From Lama glama (taxonomy: Eukaryota), in NCBI GenBank assembly GCA_028534125.1, contig CM052816.1:20958001-21018000 (forward strand): a stretch of 60,000 nucleotides of DNA, read 5' to 3'. Both the position numbers and the translations under genes were made by a program. Numbering within the stretch: the stretch's first letter is position 1; each line of letters starts with the position of its first letter. Under the pieces are notes generated by a model that had not been told where the DNA came from, did no database searches, and saw nothing but the letters and a program-made list of their open reading frames with translations. Positions 54,801 to 60,000 of the stretch are shown here, piece after piece.

Positions 54801-57800
54801 AGTTATATGTACCAAGCTTAGACCTAAGTTGTCTTCTCTTTGTACCCTGTTCCTATTTACCTACGTGTTTCACAAATTTTTATTTTAATTTCAGACCATA
54901 TTTGCATTCCACATATATGTATCCAGCTCTATACTTGACACTTCTTAGACGCTGAGTTTCAGGTGCCTTTGAAGCATCTTGTAGGAAGAACTCATAATTA
55001 TCCCCGCTAGTTCCCAACTAAAAAGCAAACAAAAAGGAAACAAGCATGGTCGTCTTGTACTATTTCCTATCTTAGTGAAGGCAAAAAAAACCTTATGGGA
55101 GTTATGTTTGTCACTTCTTTCTCCATCACGCCTCATGGACTGTCACCAAGCCCTAATGATTTTAACTCCTTTAATATCTTTCAGTTTCATTCATTTTTCT
55201 CCAAATTTATTGTTACCACTATGATAAGTCAGTGCTCTCTAAAGTAGAATGCGTATATCCCAGTGTTGTGGGAGAATGAAAACTTTACTCTTATTTTTTA
55301 GTTCTAAAAATACCAATTTATTTACTTTTTAATCTTAAAATAAAAGAACAAATCAAATAATCATGTATTACTTCTCTTGATCTGAGTGGCAGGTGGTCAC
55401 ATTTTATTTCTGCTATGTGAGGTTATTCCAAGAGAAGTTTAGGTCTTCTGAGTGTGGAAAAGTTGATAGAATTGCTCTCATTCATTTGCTCTTCCTAACT
55501 GTGGCATATTGCACTTTTAAGTATGCTTGGTTACAGTGATTTACAGATTATATTAACTGGTTTTAATTCAGCTAATCTTCACTAGTGTACACGAGTGGCT
55601 TAAAAGACCTATCTGCTGTGAAAATGTGAATGAAAATAACACTTAACATGCATTTCAGAGCAAATAAGAAAATGGCAGAGTTGAAATTTTCCTTTTCCTA
55701 ATGTGAGCGAGCTCTTTGTCTGCCACCACAAAGTAGAAACAAAGATGCCATAAGCAGAAAACAGAAGGAAAAAAAAATCCAGATTATCATCGATAATTTG
55801 AACATGCATGTTTATTATTAACTTTGCCTTTAGTGTGTAACAGGTGCCTTGAGATAGTAACTAATGAAACTATGAGAGCATAGTAATTCGTAATTGGCGA
55901 TATTTTGAATGTTGTGATATTCAATTCGGTCCTTAAATATACATCAAGTCTAATAAAATGTTATTAAAGACCTTTTGTGGTTTCCTCCAGTGTTTTATAC
56001 CTTTATTTAAAAACTTGGTCTTTCTGCTCCAGGGAAAATGATGGAAATCCAGTACAGAGGGAACACAGAGAGAACATACTAAAAGGCACTCCTTTGTCAG
56101 GAGACACTGTTGAAACAGGCTTAGAAAACAAAGCTGAAGATTCAAAAAACAAATATTAGAATAAATCATGCAGTGTACAAACTTAGCTGTATACAGATGG
56201 ATGAAAGTATAGGTGCTTCTGGTAGTCTTAATTTAAGATATTTGTTAGATTCTTTTTCAGTTATAAAATACTTGAAGAGCTACTTCTTTGTGGACCAAAG
56301 AAAGCTATAACAGAAGTTAAAGCCTAAAGTATAGTTTCTCTTCCCTCCTTCTGTCTTCATATAGAACCTGTGTGACACTCCCAGATATCTTTTATACTAA
56401 CCTAGAAGTTCACTGATTATTTGTTTAATGACATACAAGAATTATCTCATTTAAAAATGAATTAGGCACCTCCTTCACTCCCTCTCTCTCCCTCCCTCTT
56501 CTCTCCTCCTTCCCTTTTCTCTTCTCCCTCCCTCACTCTGCTCTCCCTCTCTCCTCTCACTGTCACACACACAAGCGCCAAATATGCTAGATCTTTTCTT
56601 AGCATATTTTTAAAAGAATAATAAACCTTCTTGTCTTCTCAGGGTAAAAATGTTTTAACAATGAATGAAAAATGCCTGCCTCAAGCTAGGAAAACATTTT
56701 AAAAATAATGTCATTATGTATTTTTTATTGTTGACAAAAACCATGATGACTGTCATATGTGTAAACTTTAAAGGCTTGGAAACAGAATTTTGTAACTTCA
56801 GTGGGTTTTGAACCTTTTCCTAAAAATACTAAAATGCAACCTCTTAATTTATTTTCTTGAGAAACTGATTTGTATCTATGAACATTGGAAGTCTGTTAGC
56901 TCAATTTCAACAGAAATCTTTGCATAATTAAGGTATAAGATAAAAAATTGGGGCAGTATTGCACTTCTTTGATTTGTGTGGCTGTGTCTTTGTGGTATGC
57001 AATGAAACCTAATGTGAAAATAAGCCAGTTTTAGTGTCAGACCTTTGAAGCACTGTTTTTTATATGTTTAAGAAAAATATACTCGCCATTGACAAATATA
57101 ATTTAAAAATTACTCTAAAATATTCATTTCATTTTATATGAGCCCTTTAAAATTTCAATATTTTGGTCTTGTATAATATATTAGTTAAATAATATACACT
57201 ATACATATTTGGGAGATACAAATGCAAAAATTTTGCAGTGATGGGGAGTTTATGATCAAAAAAAGCTTGGAGACAAGTTTGTTCAAGCTGTAGTCATCTC
57301 CTTCTTGGACTACTGCAGTAATCTCCTAACTTAACTTCCATTCTAGATTTCTCAGAGCTGTTCTTCACATAACAGCCAAGGTGGTCATCACAGTGTGCAA
57401 ATGTGGTCATATAATTTTCCTTAGTAAACTACACACATCCACAAACCTTTAATATGTTCTATAAAGTCTACAAGCTATATGATCTAGCTTCTCTGGTTCT
57501 GAGTCTAATTTCTCAACACTCTTCCTTTTATACTTTTTCCTACCATGGGCTGCCTTTTAGTTCTTTATACTAGCTGTGCTCCTGTCCTTTCTGGCCTTTA
57601 CACATGATGTTCTCTCCACCCCAGAGGCTTTCCTTTCCCTTCCTTTCCCAGTTTACTTTCTACATATCATTCATATCTCATCCTGAACAGTATCTATTCA
57701 AGGAAGCCTTTGCTCATTTTCATGACCAGACATGTGTGTGTGTGTTTCTCTTTCTCTCCCCCCACCTCATGCGCATGCATGCACACACACACACACACAA

Positions 57801-58467
57801 TTATAACCTCTTATTTAATACTGTTTAAGTGTTTGTCCTTCGTTATATTTAACACAATTGCTATATTACCTCGATTTGCATGAGTATTTGCAAAGATAGC
57901 CATTGACATTAAGCTCCATGAATACACAAAGCGTTTGCCTGATTTTGCTTATTCTGTTTTTCCAGTACTTAGACATGTGAGTGAATGTTATATCAAGGAG
58001 TTTAGTTTTTATCCATAGGAAAAAAAGAGCCGTTGGCAGCTCTGTGAAAAATAGGAGAGTAATGATGACACATACTAAGACTTCAGCTTTAGAAATGTCA
58101 ACTAGAGGCTGTAGTTGAGTGAAAGAGAGAGACTAGAGCCCAGAAGATCCATTAGATGGCCATCATACATGAAGAAAGGTGAGAACCTAGTCTTTGAAGT
58201 GTGGATGGAAAGGAGAAGTTGTTGCATTTAGTAGATGTTTTGAGACAGAATCCATTCATATTTGGTAACCTGCTGTCTGACTGTTGTCAGAGGTGAGAAG
58301 AAGTAGTCAGAGATTACTTGAAAGCTTGGGCTATTAAACCTGTAGGCCATTTACTGTGTAAATGAGTGTAAGACAATTAGCCATTCAGGGGGGTGAATAC
58401 TTTTTAGTTTAAATAAAATTCACAGGAGTGATCTCTTAGCCACTGGTCTATTTAAAGGCTGTTTAGA

Positions 58468-59765
58468 ATGGGTTTATTGAGGTATAATTCACATACCATG
58501 CAATCACCCAATCAGAATGTACAATTAAATAATTTTGAGTATATTCATAGACATGTGCAACCATCACTGCAGTCAAATTTTAGAACAGTTTCATCACCTC
58601 AAAAAGAAACTCCCTACTCTTTAGTTATCACCCTTTTTCCTTCTGTCCCCCTCCCAACCCTACCCAACCACTAATCTCCTCTCTCTATGGATTTCTTTTT
58701 TCTGGACATTTTGTGTAAATGAATCATACCATATGTGGTCTCTTACAACTGGATTCTTTCACTTAGTATAGTATTTTCAAGGTTCTTTCAAGCATGTATC
58801 AGTACTTCATTCCTTTTTATGACCCAATAATATTCCATTGTATGGATGTATATTGTGTTTTGTTTACACAGTTCATTAGCTGATGGACTTTTGAGTTGTT
58901 TCGAGCTTTTGGCTTCTATGAATAATGCTGTGTACAAGGTTTCATGTGGACATATGTTTTTGTTTCACTCAATTATATTCCTGGGGGCAGATTTGCTGAG
59001 TCATATGGTAATCCTATATTTAGTTATCTGAGGAACTGCCAGAATGCTTTCCAAAGCAGTTAACTGCACCACTCTGTATTCCCTCTAGGCTCCCAGTTTC
59101 TCCACATTCTTATCAACACTTGTTGTCTTTTTGATTCTAGCCATCCTAGTCGACGTTAAGTGGGTTTGATTTGTATTTGCCCCCCAGTGACAAATGATGT
59201 TGAACATTTTTTCATGTGCTTTTTGGCCATTTGTATATCATCCTTGGCAAAGTGTTTATTTAGATCCTTTGCCCATTTTTTTCATTGAGTTACTTGGCTT
59301 TTTATCACTGAGCTGTAAGAGCTCTTTATATATTATAGATACCAGTTTCTTATCAGAAATATGATTTGCAAATATTTTCTCCCAATTAATATGTTGTGTT
59401 TGTATTTTTTTGATGGTGTCCTTTGAAGCACCAAAGTTCTTAATTTTGATGATGTCCAGTTTATCAGTTTCTTTTGTGTCTTGTGCTTTTTGTGACATTT
59501 GTAAGAATTCTTTGCCAAATCCGGGATTGTTAAGATTTGGCACTACATTTTCTTCCCAGAGTTTTGTAGTTTTTTCTCTTACATTTAGGTCTTTGGTCCA
59601 CATCAAGTTAATCTTTTTTATATCATCTATGGTAAGCATTAGGCTTTTGTTCTTTTGCATATGGCTGTTCACTTGTCCTAGCACTTTTTGTTGAAAAGAG
59701 AATTCTTTCCCTGTTGGATAGTCTTCACATCTTTTTTGAAAATCGTTCACCATTGATGTAGGTTT
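58468..59765 (-). mobile_element. L1 3' portion (ORF2 C-terminus and 3'UTR)
   Basis: ORF 59256..59786 resembles L1 ORF2 (WTKDLNVR...WEKIFANHISDKKLVSIIYKEL); frameshifted. Confidence 0.92.
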
Positions 59766-60000
59766 GCAACTTTTTTTTAACAGCAAACTATATTTTAGTT
59801 TCAGTACTGCTTGGATTTCTCTTTCACAGATAATTCTGTCATTAAAGGAAGATTGTGTTTACTTTTAAGTAAGCTTTTAAGGATGATAGGGATGTTTGTG
59901 TAATTTTAGTACTACGTTGTGCACAGATTTAACCTGGAAGAATGCACCATCTGCACATGTGGAACAGCTGTTCTGGTCATGATAGATGAGTTTGAAAAGT

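Noticed and set aside
55230..57280. Possible old hAT-Charlie relic with ORF 55977..56159
   Set aside because: Resemblance too weak to name or delimit without a profile search; no AFF4 exon 6 peptide recognised here.

Overview
Mammalian genomic DNA, very likely from a camelid: eight tRNA-Ala-derived SINEs match the Tylopoda vic-1 type as I recall it. Two genes lie in tandem on the + strand. The first is the 3' part of ZCCHC10 (last three coding exons: CCHC zinc knuckle, Ser-rich tail, KKKKKK end, 3'UTR). The second is the 5' part of AFF4, the super elongation complex scaffold: CpG-island promoter, non-coding exon 1 and coding exons 2-5 (aa 1-350); I did not find exon 6 in the window. The rest is intron and intergenic DNA dense in L1, L2, MIR, LTR and hAT relics. 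I see no convincing new protein-coding system. The most interesting signals are (1) a possible multi-layer AFF4 dosage-control design: three uORFs, a stop codon and poly(A) signal directly behind the exon 5 donor, and all-phase-0 exons suited to circularisation; and (2) several unusual TSD-flanked retrocopies: an LTR R-region copy, a chimeric mRNA-3'-end/L1 insert and a tail-only insert. Repeat family names come from recognition, not a search, and repeat boundaries are approximate.
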